Positions 51,294-60,288 of a stretch of DNA of 64,000 bases are shown piece after piece; within the stretch, counting starts at the first letter, position 1; every line of letters starts with the position of its first letter. The stretch lies in the NCBI GenBank assembly GCA_037439545.1, contig JBBIVV010000001.1, positions 96,001-160,000 on the forward strand, written 5' to 3'. Below the pieces are notes generated by a model. That model searched no databases, had not been told where the DNA came from, and was given only the letters and a program-made list of their open reading frames with translations. The position numbers and the translations under genes were made by a program. Origin of the DNA: a bacterium. GTDB taxonomy: Bacteria > JAMCPX01.

Positions 51294-52967
51294 ATGAGAC
51301 CCTCTCACAATGAATCAGGTGCCATAAAAAAGGAATGGGGAGGAAAACTGCCCGTAGTGCTTGTCTATCCCGACACCTACAGGGCAGGGATGAGCAATCT
51401 TGCTGTTCATACTCTTTATAGTATTTTAAACAGCATGGATAATGTCGTGTGCGAGAGGTGCTTCTGGCGTAAAGGGCAGACAGAGCCGGTCTCTATTGAA
51501 AGTTCAAGACGTGTGAGCGATTTTTCGGTCATTGCATTCTCAGTTTCTTTTGAGACCGATTATATAAATGTGGTTGATTTTATCAGGCACTCCGGTGTTG
51601 AGCTTTATGCCTCCAGACGTACACACGGGCAGATAGTTATAGCCGGCGGCATTGCAATAACATTGAACCCTGAGCCTATCGCAGATTTTATGGACGCGTG
51701 CGTTATCGGTGATGCAGAGGGACTTCTGCAAAAGATCATCCATGTCATACAGAGCGGTATCGACGAAAACAGGATCAGAGAAGATATCCTTAAGTCTCTC
51801 GATGAACACGAGGGAGTTTATGTGCCTTCATTCTATCAGGTCAGGTATGGATCGGACGGCAAGATTGCGGAGATAAGCCATAAATTCAAGAAAGGGAAGA
51901 AGGTCAAGCGGCACACTGCAAGCTTATCAAACCGCATTTCATCGACCGTAATCTATACGGATGATACGACTTTCTCAGGTATGCACCTTCAGGAGGTTTC
52001 AAAAGGATGCAGTTACAGATGCAGATTCTGTATATCAGGGTATGCTTATCTGCCTCCGAGGCACAGACATCTCGGTGATTTGAAAAAAGATCTGGACACT
52101 CTGCCGTCCGGGGTAAAAAAGATAGGAATTGTCAGTCCCATGGTGACCGATTATCCATACCTCGATGAACTGCTGGATTATATCCACTCGCTCGGTCTCA
52201 AGGCATCGATGTCATCCATGCGGGCCGACAGCCTTGCCCGGAAATCCGGACTATTGTCCGACATGAGCGGCATAGATATGCCGACAGACCAGTTTTCCAC
52301 TGCACTGGCACCGGAGGCAGGCACCTATAGGCTTCGCAGGGTCCTCAACAAGCAATTAACGGATGAGCAGATTCTGCAGGCAGCTCAATTTCTTAACGAG
52401 CACAATATCCATACACTTAAATTATACTTTTTAATAGGTATACTCGGCGAAACCGATGAGGATATATCTGCTATCGCAGAATTGGCGATACAGGTCAAAA
52501 AGCAGTTGAGAGCAGGGAAGGGTAAGGTCAGCGTAAGTATCAATCCTCTCATACCGAAGCCGTTTACACCATTCCAATGGCTCGGAGCGATAAAACCGGA
52601 AGGTCTCAGGCAAAGACTGAACAGCATAAAAAAGAGATTAAAAGGTACCGGTATAACTATTGAGTGGGAAAAGCACTACCTTCTTCAGGCCATACTTGCC
52701 AGGGGTGACAGGCGCCTGTCGGATTTTCTCATATATTTATCAAGGACAGACAAAGCCATGAGCAGTGCTCTGCAGGACAGCGGTATCGATGTTGAGTACT
52801 ATGCATTCAGAGAACGCAGTGACAGTGAAGTATTGCCATGGGATTTCATGGATTACGGATTCTCAAAAGGGTTTTTAATGAAAGAGTATAGGCTTGCATT
52901 ACGGGGTATCATTACCCCGCAGTGCAGAACCGACTCATGCAGGATATGCGGTATATGCGGTGAGTGA
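51294..52967 (+). CDS. Radical SAM protein with C-terminal Cys cluster
   Basis: YRAGMSNL, CSYRCRFC (CxxxCxxC), PKPFTPFQW, CRTDSCRICGIC. Confidence 0.88.
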   Translation: MRPSHNESGAIKKEWGGKLPVVLVYPDTYRAGMSNLAVHTLYSILNSMDNVVCERCFWRKGQTEPVSIESSRRVSDFSVIAFSVSFETDYINVVDFIRHSGVELYASRRTHGQIVIAGGIAITLNPEPIADFMDACVIGDAEGLLQKIIHVIQSGIDENRIREDILKSLDEHEGVYVPSFYQVRYGSDGKIAEISHKFKKGKKVKRHTASLSNRISSTVIYTDDTTFSGMHLQEVSKGCSYRCRFCISGYAYLPPRHRHLGDLKKDLDTLPSGVKKIGIVSPMVTDYPYLDELLDYIHSLGLKASMSSMRADSLARKSGLLSDMSGIDMPTDQFSTALAPEAGTYRLRRVLNKQLTDEQILQAAQFLNEHNIHTLKLYFLIGILGETDEDISAIAELAIQVKKQLRAGKGKVSVSINPLIPKPFTPFQWLGAIKPEGLRQRLNSIKKRLKGTGITIEWEKHYLLQAILARGDRRLSDFLIYLSRTDKAMSSALQDSGIDVEYYAFRERSDSEVLPWDFMDYGFSKGFLMKEYRLALRGIITPQCRTDSCRICGICGE

Positions 52968-53023
52968 TGGCCGACCCGAAACCGTTGACTTTTATGACCG
53001 TTCGATATTAAAATAATAGTTAT

Positions 53024-54586
53024 ATGAAGGTTGCAACATCTGATATCATGAGGTCTCTTGATAAAAAAACCGCTGAATCTTTCGGAGTGGCAAGTATTGT
53101 ACTTATGGAAAATGCCGGCAGGTCTGTTGCCCATACAGTTGCAAAAGATTTCAATACACAGGCAAAAAAAGGAATTGTCGTCTTTTGCGGCAAGGGCAAT
53201 AATGGCGGTGACGGGTTTGTTGCTTCAAGGCATCTTATAAACAAAGGCTATCACGTCGACGTGGTCTTATTAGGTAAAAAGGAGCAGCTTCCAGAAGATG
53301 CCCGAATCAATTATACGGCACTGAGCAGGATTACGGACATTATCCACGAACTCAATGATGCGGATGAATTCTCAAAAACAGATATTGACCTTCATGAAAA
53401 GGGCATTATTATTGATGCCTTGCTTGGAACAGGAATAAAAGGCAGCATAAAAGAACCTTATTCAGGCGTTATAAACTTCATAAATGAATCCGGCTTGCCC
53501 GTTATAGCGGTAGATATACCATCCGGTGTTGATGCAGATTCAGGGGGGATTACAGGCATTGCGGTAAGAGCGACACAAACTATTACATTCGGTTTGACCA
53601 AGATAGGGCTTGTTGTTTATCCAGGAACTGAGTATGCAGGTAAAATAGAAGTAGCTGATATTTCAATTCCGGATAAACTTATAAATGAAACCAATATTCC
53701 GTATAATCTCTCTACACATAACATTATAAATAATATATTGAAGCCTCGTAACTACTTTACAAATAAAGGCGATTATGGGCATACACTTGTCATAGGTGGT
53801 TCTAAAGGCAAGAGCGGAGCTGCTATGCTTACTGCAAAAGGTGCGTTGCGAGTTGGCAGCGGGCTTGTAACAATAAGCGGGCCAAAAGGGCTCATGCCTG
53901 TGTTTGAATCGGCAGTTTTAGAGGCATTAAAAGAGCCTTTGGCAGAAACCCCTGAAGGTCATATTGATAAAACGGCAATCGCACAGGTAGAGAATCTTTT
54001 ACAGACAAGGGATGTTGTTGCGGTTGGGCCCGGTATAGGAACAGGAAAGCAAACCAATGATTTTATTTTCGAACTGCTGAAACGCTGCATATTACCCATG
54101 GTCATAGATGCAGATGCAATAAATATAATATCCGCCAGACCGGGCGTACTGCTTGAATGCCATAACGAAAATATCGTTCTTACGCCTCACCCGGGCGAGT
54201 TCGGCAGACTCATAAATTTGAACCCGAAAGATGTCAACAATAACAGAATAAATCTTGCGCGGGATTTTGCAAAACAGTATCACTGCACACTCGTCCTGAA
54301 AGGAGCAAGAACTATTATAGCAGGCAAAGACGGTGAAATCTGGATAAATCCGACTGGCAACCCTGGCATGGCTACCGGAGGCATGGGGGATGTGCTTACC
54401 GGTATTATAGCAGGGCTTATTGCAACAGGCATCAGCCCGCTACATGCTGCAATCGCGGGTGTATATATGCATGGCATGGCAGGTGATATTGTTTATGCAT
54501 ATCACACGAATGCTCCGGTTCTGGCTTCCGATCTGCTTGACCGCGTACCTTATGTGATCTCAAGCCTTATGGAAACGGGAAAGTAA
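53024..54586 (+). CDS. nnr: Bifunctional NAD(P)H-hydrate epimerase/dehydratase
   Basis: LMENAG, GKGNNGGDG, DIPSG, IDADA, TPHPGE, GGMGDVL. Confidence 0.95.
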   Translation: MKVATSDIMRSLDKKTAESFGVASIVLMENAGRSVAHTVAKDFNTQAKKGIVVFCGKGNNGGDGFVASRHLINKGYHVDVVLLGKKEQLPEDARINYTALSRITDIIHELNDADEFSKTDIDLHEKGIIIDALLGTGIKGSIKEPYSGVINFINESGLPVIAVDIPSGVDADSGGITGIAVRATQTITFGLTKIGLVVYPGTEYAGKIEVADISIPDKLINETNIPYNLSTHNIINNILKPRNYFTNKGDYGHTLVIGGSKGKSGAAMLTAKGALRVGSGLVTISGPKGLMPVFESAVLEALKEPLAETPEGHIDKTAIAQVENLLQTRDVVAVGPGIGTGKQTNDFIFELLKRCILPMVIDADAINIISARPGVLLECHNENIVLTPHPGEFGRLINLNPKDVNNNRINLARDFAKQYHCTLVLKGARTIIAGKDGEIWINPTGNPGMATGGMGDVLTGIIAGLIATGISPLHAAIAGVYMHGMAGDIVYAYHTNAPVLASDLLDRVPYVISSLMETGK

Positions 54587-54605
54587 TTAAGAAGACATTA
54601 TTAGC

Positions 54606-57290
54606 ATGCCGCTCCTCGATATTCCCATTTCCAAGAGACCGTTATTATTTATAATTGACGGCAGTACCTACATCTTCCGTGCGTACCACGCACTTCCGCC
54701 TTTAACCAATAAAAAAGGTGTACCGACAAATGCCGTGTATGGCTATGCGAATATGCTTATAAAGACCATAGAGCAGTATAACCCGGATTATCTTGTCGTC
54801 GTATTTGATTCAAAAGGTCCGACATTCAGGGAGAAAATCGATACTGAATACAAGGCAAATCGTGGTGCTGCTCCGGACGATCTTTCAGTCCAATTTCCTT
54901 ACATTTTTGAGATCACAGACGCAATGGCTGTAAGGCATATCTTCAAAGAGGGCTATGAGGCAGATGATGTCATAGCGACACTTACAGACAGGGCTCAATC
55001 ATCGGGGTTCGGTGTCGTGATCCTCGGCAGTGATAAAGACCTTATGTCCATAGTATCGGATGATGTATTTATGCTTGATACAATGAAGGACCGGTGGATA
55101 ACACCAAAAGATGTCATAGAAAAATTCGGCGTAACACCTCCTCAAATAACAGATTTCCTGATGCTTACGGGAGACAGCATCGATAATATAAAAGGTGTGC
55201 AGGGCGTCGGTAAAAAAACAGCAATGGACCTGCTTGTGGCGTATGGCAGCGTAGACGGCATTTATGAGCACATCGATGATATTGCAAACCAGCGAATAAA
55301 GACGGCACTTATCGATGCAAAAGAACATCTCTATGGTATAACAAAATCTCTGGTCCAATTAAAACATGATGTGCCGGTTGATATGGACCTTGAGTCATTC
55401 AAATTGTCTCCATCGGTCTTTGGAAATGCAACAGCCGGACAAAGGGCAAGGCTCATAAAGCTATTCTCCGAGCTTGAATTTGGCAGGCTTATTGTAAAGC
55501 TCGGCAAACCTGATGCATCGAATGCGAAGCATGACTACACGGAGATCAAGACCATTCAAGATATTGAAGGGGAACTAAAGCAAACAAAAGAGATTTCTTT
55601 TTTCTTTTCAAACAATGGAATGGGCATTTATGCCGGAAGAGCATATTATATAAACGGCACCGCGGCTCTCGATAATATAAAGACCATGCTTTCATCCGGC
55701 AGTGAACTCATCGTTCACGATGCAAAGGCTGTTTATAGATTATGTTTGGAACATAACATCGATACCGTAATCCCAGGATTATTCTCGGTAGAACTTGCGG
55801 CATACCTGTGCAATCCTGAGGTAAAGAGCTATTCCGTCGAATCTCTGTCATTGTCCGAGTTTGGTGAACAAATACCTTCTGTGCCGCTCGTATCCTTGAA
55901 ACCTTCGGTAAAAAAAGAGAGTGAGGGGACAGGAGGACTTTTCGAACAACCCGGGAAAGACAAAAAAACTGAAAATAGTATAGTTGACAATAATCAGGAT
56001 ATGGCAATTTATCTGACCAAGGGTGCTGAACAATTAAAAAGGCTCGCCGATCTTTACGCGGACAGGTTGAAGCAAGATGGATTAGAGCCATTATTTTACA
56101 AGATAGAGATGCCGCTCTCTGCAGTTCTTGCAAAAATGGAACATGCAGGCATAAGGGTGGATCGTCTTTATCTGCAAGAGCTTTCAGACAGATTTAAAAA
56201 ACAATTAGACAGCTTGATGGCCGGCATGCAGTCATTCACCCCGCGTTCTTTTAATGCTGATTCACCGAAACAGATAGCCGGTATCCTGTTTGAGGAGTTG
56301 AAACTGCCGACGGCAAGAAAGACCAAGACAGGTTACTCGACTGATAATGAGGTGTTACAGGAGCTGAAAGACAAACATCCTTTTGTAAATTATTTGCTTG
56401 AATACAGAAATCTCGCAAAACTTAAGAACAGTTTCATAGATGCACTGCCGCTCTATGTCAATCCGAATTCGCACAGAATACATACCCATTTTATACAAAC
56501 AGGCACTGCAACAGGCAGGCTTGCAAGCAGTGAACCCAACCTCCAGAATATTCCCATCAAGGATGAATACGGCAAGATGATAAGAAAGGCATTTATTGCC
56601 GACGCAGGTTATTCCATAGTGAGTGCTGACTACTCGCAGATTGAACTCAGGATCATGGCGCACCTTTCGTCCGACGAGGTTTTGATGGATGCATTTATGC
56701 ATGACCAGGACATCCATACGACGACTGCATCAGGTATTTATCAGGTGCCGGTTCCAGATATTACACAACAGATGAGGAACAGCGCGAAGGTCGTAAACTT
56801 TGGCATTATGTACGGCATGTCTGCTTACGGACTGTCAAAACAGCTCGGCATATCACCGGACCAGGCACAGATAATCATCGATTCATATTTTAATGAATAC
56901 AAAGGGGTAAGGGCTTATATCGATGATATACTGAACGGTGTCAGACAAACAGGGTATGTCGGCACAATTCTCGGCAGACGCAGGTACATACCAAAGACCC
57001 TCGACAATCCCGCATACCAGAGGATTGCCATAAATACACCTGTGCAGGGTAGTGCCGCCGATCTGATCAAGGTGGCAATGCTCAGGGTCGATGACATGAT
57101 CAGAAAACAAGGGTTTGACTCGAGGATGATCCTCCAGATACATGATGAGCTGTTATTCGAGGTCAGGGATGAACAGATTAAAGCATTTTCATCAGCTTTG
57201 AAGGAACAGATGGAAGGGGCGATGAAGCTCCTTGTACCGCTCAGGGTCTCTATCAGCTATGGAAAGACGTGGGCAGACACGAAAGAGTAG
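54606..57290 (+). CDS. polA: DNA polymerase I
   Basis: 5' nuclease (IDG...RAYHA, EADD) and polymerase motifs DYSQIELR, AKVVNFGIMYG, QIHDEL. Confidence 0.97.
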   Translation: MPLLDIPISKRPLLFIIDGSTYIFRAYHALPPLTNKKGVPTNAVYGYANMLIKTIEQYNPDYLVVVFDSKGPTFREKIDTEYKANRGAAPDDLSVQFPYIFEITDAMAVRHIFKEGYEADDVIATLTDRAQSSGFGVVILGSDKDLMSIVSDDVFMLDTMKDRWITPKDVIEKFGVTPPQITDFLMLTGDSIDNIKGVQGVGKKTAMDLLVAYGSVDGIYEHIDDIANQRIKTALIDAKEHLYGITKSLVQLKHDVPVDMDLESFKLSPSVFGNATAGQRARLIKLFSELEFGRLIVKLGKPDASNAKHDYTEIKTIQDIEGELKQTKEISFFFSNNGMGIYAGRAYYINGTAALDNIKTMLSSGSELIVHDAKAVYRLCLEHNIDTVIPGLFSVELAAYLCNPEVKSYSVESLSLSEFGEQIPSVPLVSLKPSVKKESEGTGGLFEQPGKDKKTENSIVDNNQDMAIYLTKGAEQLKRLADLYADRLKQDGLEPLFYKIEMPLSAVLAKMEHAGIRVDRLYLQELSDRFKKQLDSLMAGMQSFTPRSFNADSPKQIAGILFEELKLPTARKTKTGYSTDNEVLQELKDKHPFVNYLLEYRNLAKLKNSFIDALPLYVNPNSHRIHTHFIQTGTATGRLASSEPNLQNIPIKDEYGKMIRKAFIADAGYSIVSADYSQIELRIMAHLSSDEVLMDAFMHDQDIHTTTASGIYQVPVPDITQQMRNSAKVVNFGIMYGMSAYGLSKQLGISPDQAQIIIDSYFNEYKGVRAYIDDILNGVRQTGYVGTILGRRRYIPKTLDNPAYQRIAINTPVQGSAADLIKVAMLRVDDMIRKQGFDSRMILQIHDELLFEVRDEQIKAFSSALKEQMEGAMKLLVPLRVSISYGKTWADTKE

Positions 57291-57370
57291 CAAAGGAGTA
57301 CACACAGCATCACGCATTGTGTGCCATGTATGGACTTATTCGTTTCAATGATTACTGTATTATAAATAAT

Positions 57371-58111
57371 ATGGGAAAATATTGGATTATATTCAGCAGT
57401 ATAGCGGTAATGTTGTTTCTATCGACTATCACGGCAAGGGCCTATGATTTTCCGCACTATACAGGTTATGTAAATGATTTTGCCGGTGTAATGGATCAAG
57501 GAACCGCTGCTTCTTTGAATAGTGCAATAAGCTCGTTTAACAGGCAAACCGGTATCCAGATAGCTGTAGTAACGGTAAAAGATATAGGCGACATGGATAT
57601 TGATGACTATGCGAACAGGCTTTTTCAACAGTGGGGAGTCGGTGTCAAAGGGCTCGATAACGGCGTTATGCTTATAGCTGCGATGAAGGAAAAAAGAGTT
57701 AGGATAGAGGTGGGATACGGGCTTGAGCCGGGATTTACCGATGAACAGGCCGGATCTATAATCAGGAATTATATAGTTCCTTCATTCAAAGCGGGACAAT
57801 TCTCCCAGGGTTTGGCTGCAGGTACCCTGCAAATAATAAAGACACTGTCCGATTCTATAAATCAAGGCGACCTGTCTGCGCATGCGTCTGCTGCTGCATC
57901 AAGGACCAACAAAGGTGCAGGTACGATGAATATGATACTTGGAATTTTACTGTTTGTCGTTTTCATATACTTTGCAATAAGACATCCATTCCTTACGCTT
58001 ATGTTCCTTGGCGGCGGCTTTGGCGGCGGAGGTGGCGGAGGTTTCGGCGGCGGCTTCGGCGGATTCGGAGGCGGGAGCAGCGGAGGCGGCGGAGCGTCCG
58101 GAGGATGGTAA
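57371..58111 (+). CDS. TPM domain-containing membrane protein with Gly-rich tail
   Basis: YVNDFAG, WGVG...DNGVML, RIEVGYGLE, FGGGSSGGGGASGGW. Confidence 0.9.
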   Translation: MGKYWIIFSSIAVMLFLSTITARAYDFPHYTGYVNDFAGVMDQGTAASLNSAISSFNRQTGIQIAVVTVKDIGDMDIDDYANRLFQQWGVGVKGLDNGVMLIAAMKEKRVRIEVGYGLEPGFTDEQAGSIIRNYIVPSFKAGQFSQGLAAGTLQIIKTLSDSINQGDLSAHASAAASRTNKGAGTMNMILGILLFVVFIYFAIRHPFLTLMFLGGGFGGGGGGGFGGGFGGFGGGSSGGGGASGGW

Positions 58112-58132
58112 AGACAGTGAAGGAGATACGCT

Positions 58133-58843
58133 ATGCATGAAGAAACGTTACAAAGGATTTTAGATACATTAAAGTCGGCACTCGGATCCAGGCTTCTGAG
58201 TTTCACGATGTACGGGTCATCACACACGGGAGAATTCCATGATGGATATTCCAATATAAATACAATGGCGGTCGTTTCCGGTATTACCGTGAATGATATT
58301 TCTGTAATAGGTAAAGAACTAAAATGGTTTCTCTACAAAGGAAATCCGCCGCCTCTCTTTTTTACACAGGATGAACTTACTTCTTTTAAAGATGTTTTTC
58401 CTATCGAGATCCTCGATATTATAAAATACCATACCGTCGTGTATGGCACGGATCCGGTGAAGGATATGATTGTCGATCCAAAACATCTTCAGTTCCAATG
58501 TGAATCGGAATTAAAATCAAAACTCATAAAAATGAGACAATCGTTGTTTACCGACAGTTCTCATAAGTCAACGGTTCAACTGATGACAAGTTCTTTATCA
58601 AGCTTTGTTGCTATTTTTAAAGGAGTATTGAAGCTGGAAGGGAAAGATGTGCCTGTGCAGAAAAAAGATGTTATACTCCAGACCGCACAATTGACCGGTT
58701 TTGATTCTTCGGCGTTTCTGAAGATTCTCGCCGTAAGAGAGAAAAAAGATAAGTTTTCAAAAGAGGCTCTCTTCAGGACAATGGAAATGTACATCGAGGG
58801 CATCGTACGTGTAATAAATTTCGTAACGCGGCAAAAAATATAA
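58133..58843 (+). CDS. Nucleotidyltransferase-fold protein
   Basis: MYGS..(GEF)..SNINTM, DVFPIE, YGTDP; located between TPM and LemA genes. Confidence 0.7.
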   Translation: MHEETLQRILDTLKSALGSRLLSFTMYGSSHTGEFHDGYSNINTMAVVSGITVNDISVIGKELKWFLYKGNPPPLFFTQDELTSFKDVFPIEILDIIKYHTVVYGTDPVKDMIVDPKHLQFQCESELKSKLIKMRQSLFTDSSHKSTVQLMTSSLSSFVAIFKGVLKLEGKDVPVQKKDVILQTAQLTGFDSSAFLKILAVREKKDKFSKEALFRTMEMYIEGIVRVINFVTRQKI

Positions 58844-58857
58844 AGGAGCAAGGTTGT

Positions 58858-59436
58858 ATGAGTAAAAAATGGATGGCAGTGCTTATAGCATTCGGGATAT
58901 TTGTTGTATTTATTTTAATGATAGCCGGCAGTATTGCAAGCAGCTATAACAGACTTGTAACATTAAATGAGAATATAAATAATTCATGGGCGCAGGTGCA
59001 AAATGTCATGCAGAGGCGTGCCGATCTTATTCCGAACCTTGTAAGCACGGTGAAAGGTTATGCAAAGCATGAAAAAGCGATCTTTGATCATATTGCGGAC
59101 GCACGGGCAAAACTTGCGGGAGCCACGACACCGAAAGGTAAATTTGCTGCAAATGACGAGCTTGACGGTGCATTGAGCAGGCTGCTTATGGTTGTGGAAA
59201 ATTATCCAAATCTTAAAGCGGATAAATCATTCAATCGCCTGATGGATGAACTGGCAGGTACTGAAAACAGGATAGCGGTTGAACGACGCAGGTACAATGA
59301 TGCCGTTATGGCGTATAATGTTGCGGTAAAGAGCTTCCCGACTAATATTATGGCAGGGTTCCTCGGCTATACGCCCAAAGAAGTCTATTTTAAAGCGACA
59401 GAAAATGCCCAGAAAGTTCCGCAGGTGAAGTTTTAG
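58858..59436 (+). CDS. lemA: LemA family protein
   Basis: YNRLV, QRRADLIPNLV, ENYPNLKA, TENRIAVERRRYN. Confidence 0.95.
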   Translation: MSKKWMAVLIAFGIFVVFILMIAGSIASSYNRLVTLNENINNSWAQVQNVMQRRADLIPNLVSTVKGYAKHEKAIFDHIADARAKLAGATTPKGKFAANDELDGALSRLLMVVENYPNLKADKSFNRLMDELAGTENRIAVERRRYNDAVMAYNVAVKSFPTNIMAGFLGYTPKEVYFKATENAQKVPQVKF

Positions 59437-59598
59437 TGTGCAGTACACCATGGGGTTCTATTGTGTGCCAGAGCATTCCGGGCGTAACGAAGAATCTTGA
59501 ATAGAGATTCTTTTAGCGTTTTGTAGAGAGCATGTCCGGTTACCCGCATGAAGCATCTTCTTGCTCTTTGTGCGAAAGAACTGTAAAATACAATCTCT

Positions 59599-60288
59599 AT
59601 GGGAAAATATTACGATAAGCGGAGATATGCAGGAATCACCTTTTGTTTGTTTGTTTTTTTGACCGCGTTGTTTTATTGTCCAAAAATTGCCATGACAGAG
59701 GAAAACTATCTTGGACAGGGCATAACGTATTATGAATACGGCGATTATGATAACTCCATTAAATCGCTGAAACAGATAAACGAATTTACGGAAGCGAAAA
59801 AAAACAAAACTCTCATGCATCTCTATCTCGCTCTTGATTATTATGCAAAAGGTATGAGCGATTCTATGAACATCGAGTTAAAAGCCCTTTACCGGTCTGA
59901 TCCTGATTTTACACCGAATCCCGTCATTGTACCGCCATCCGTTATATCGGCTTATAATGAAGTAAAACAGCACACCACGATCACCATTCCTGCGACGGTC
60001 AAAGAAAATGAGCGGAATTACTGGCTCAGGGCCGTGCCATTCGGTGCAGGGCAATTTGCAAAAGGTGAAAACAAGAAAGGTACTGTTTTATTGATTGCCG
60101 AAGCTGCTGCGCTTGCTGCAAATGTATCAACTTATTATATAAGACAGTCAAAAAAAAATCCGGATGGAAGTTACAACAATGTTTCCTGGGCAAAGAACAT
60201 GCAGGATGTGCAACTCACGGCATTCTGGCTTTTTGTAGGGACTGCGTCTTATGGTATTATAGATGCTTTTGCCGGGAGGCTGCCCTGA
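59599..60288 (+). CDS. Hypothetical exported/membrane protein with TPR-like N-terminus
   Basis: Signal-like N-terminus, GITYYEYGDYDNSI TPR-like helix pair, C-terminal VPFGAGQF hydrophobic domain. Confidence 0.65.
   Translation: MGKYYDKRRYAGITFCLFVFLTALFYCPKIAMTEENYLGQGITYYEYGDYDNSIKSLKQINEFTEAKKNKTLMHLYLALDYYAKGMSDSMNIELKALYRSDPDFTPNPVIVPPSVISAYNEVKQHTTITIPATVKENERNYWLRAVPFGAGQFAKGENKKGTVLLIAEAAALAANVSTYYIRQSKKNPDGSYNNVSWAKNMQDVQLTAFWLFVGTASYGIIDAFAGRLP

Noticed and set aside
55530..56100. Degenerate 3'-5' exonuclease region in PolA
   Set aside because: Loss of proofreading residues is common in bacterial Pol I
58010..58108. GGC-rich low-complexity repeat
   Set aside because: It encodes the normal Gly-rich tail of TPM-domain proteins
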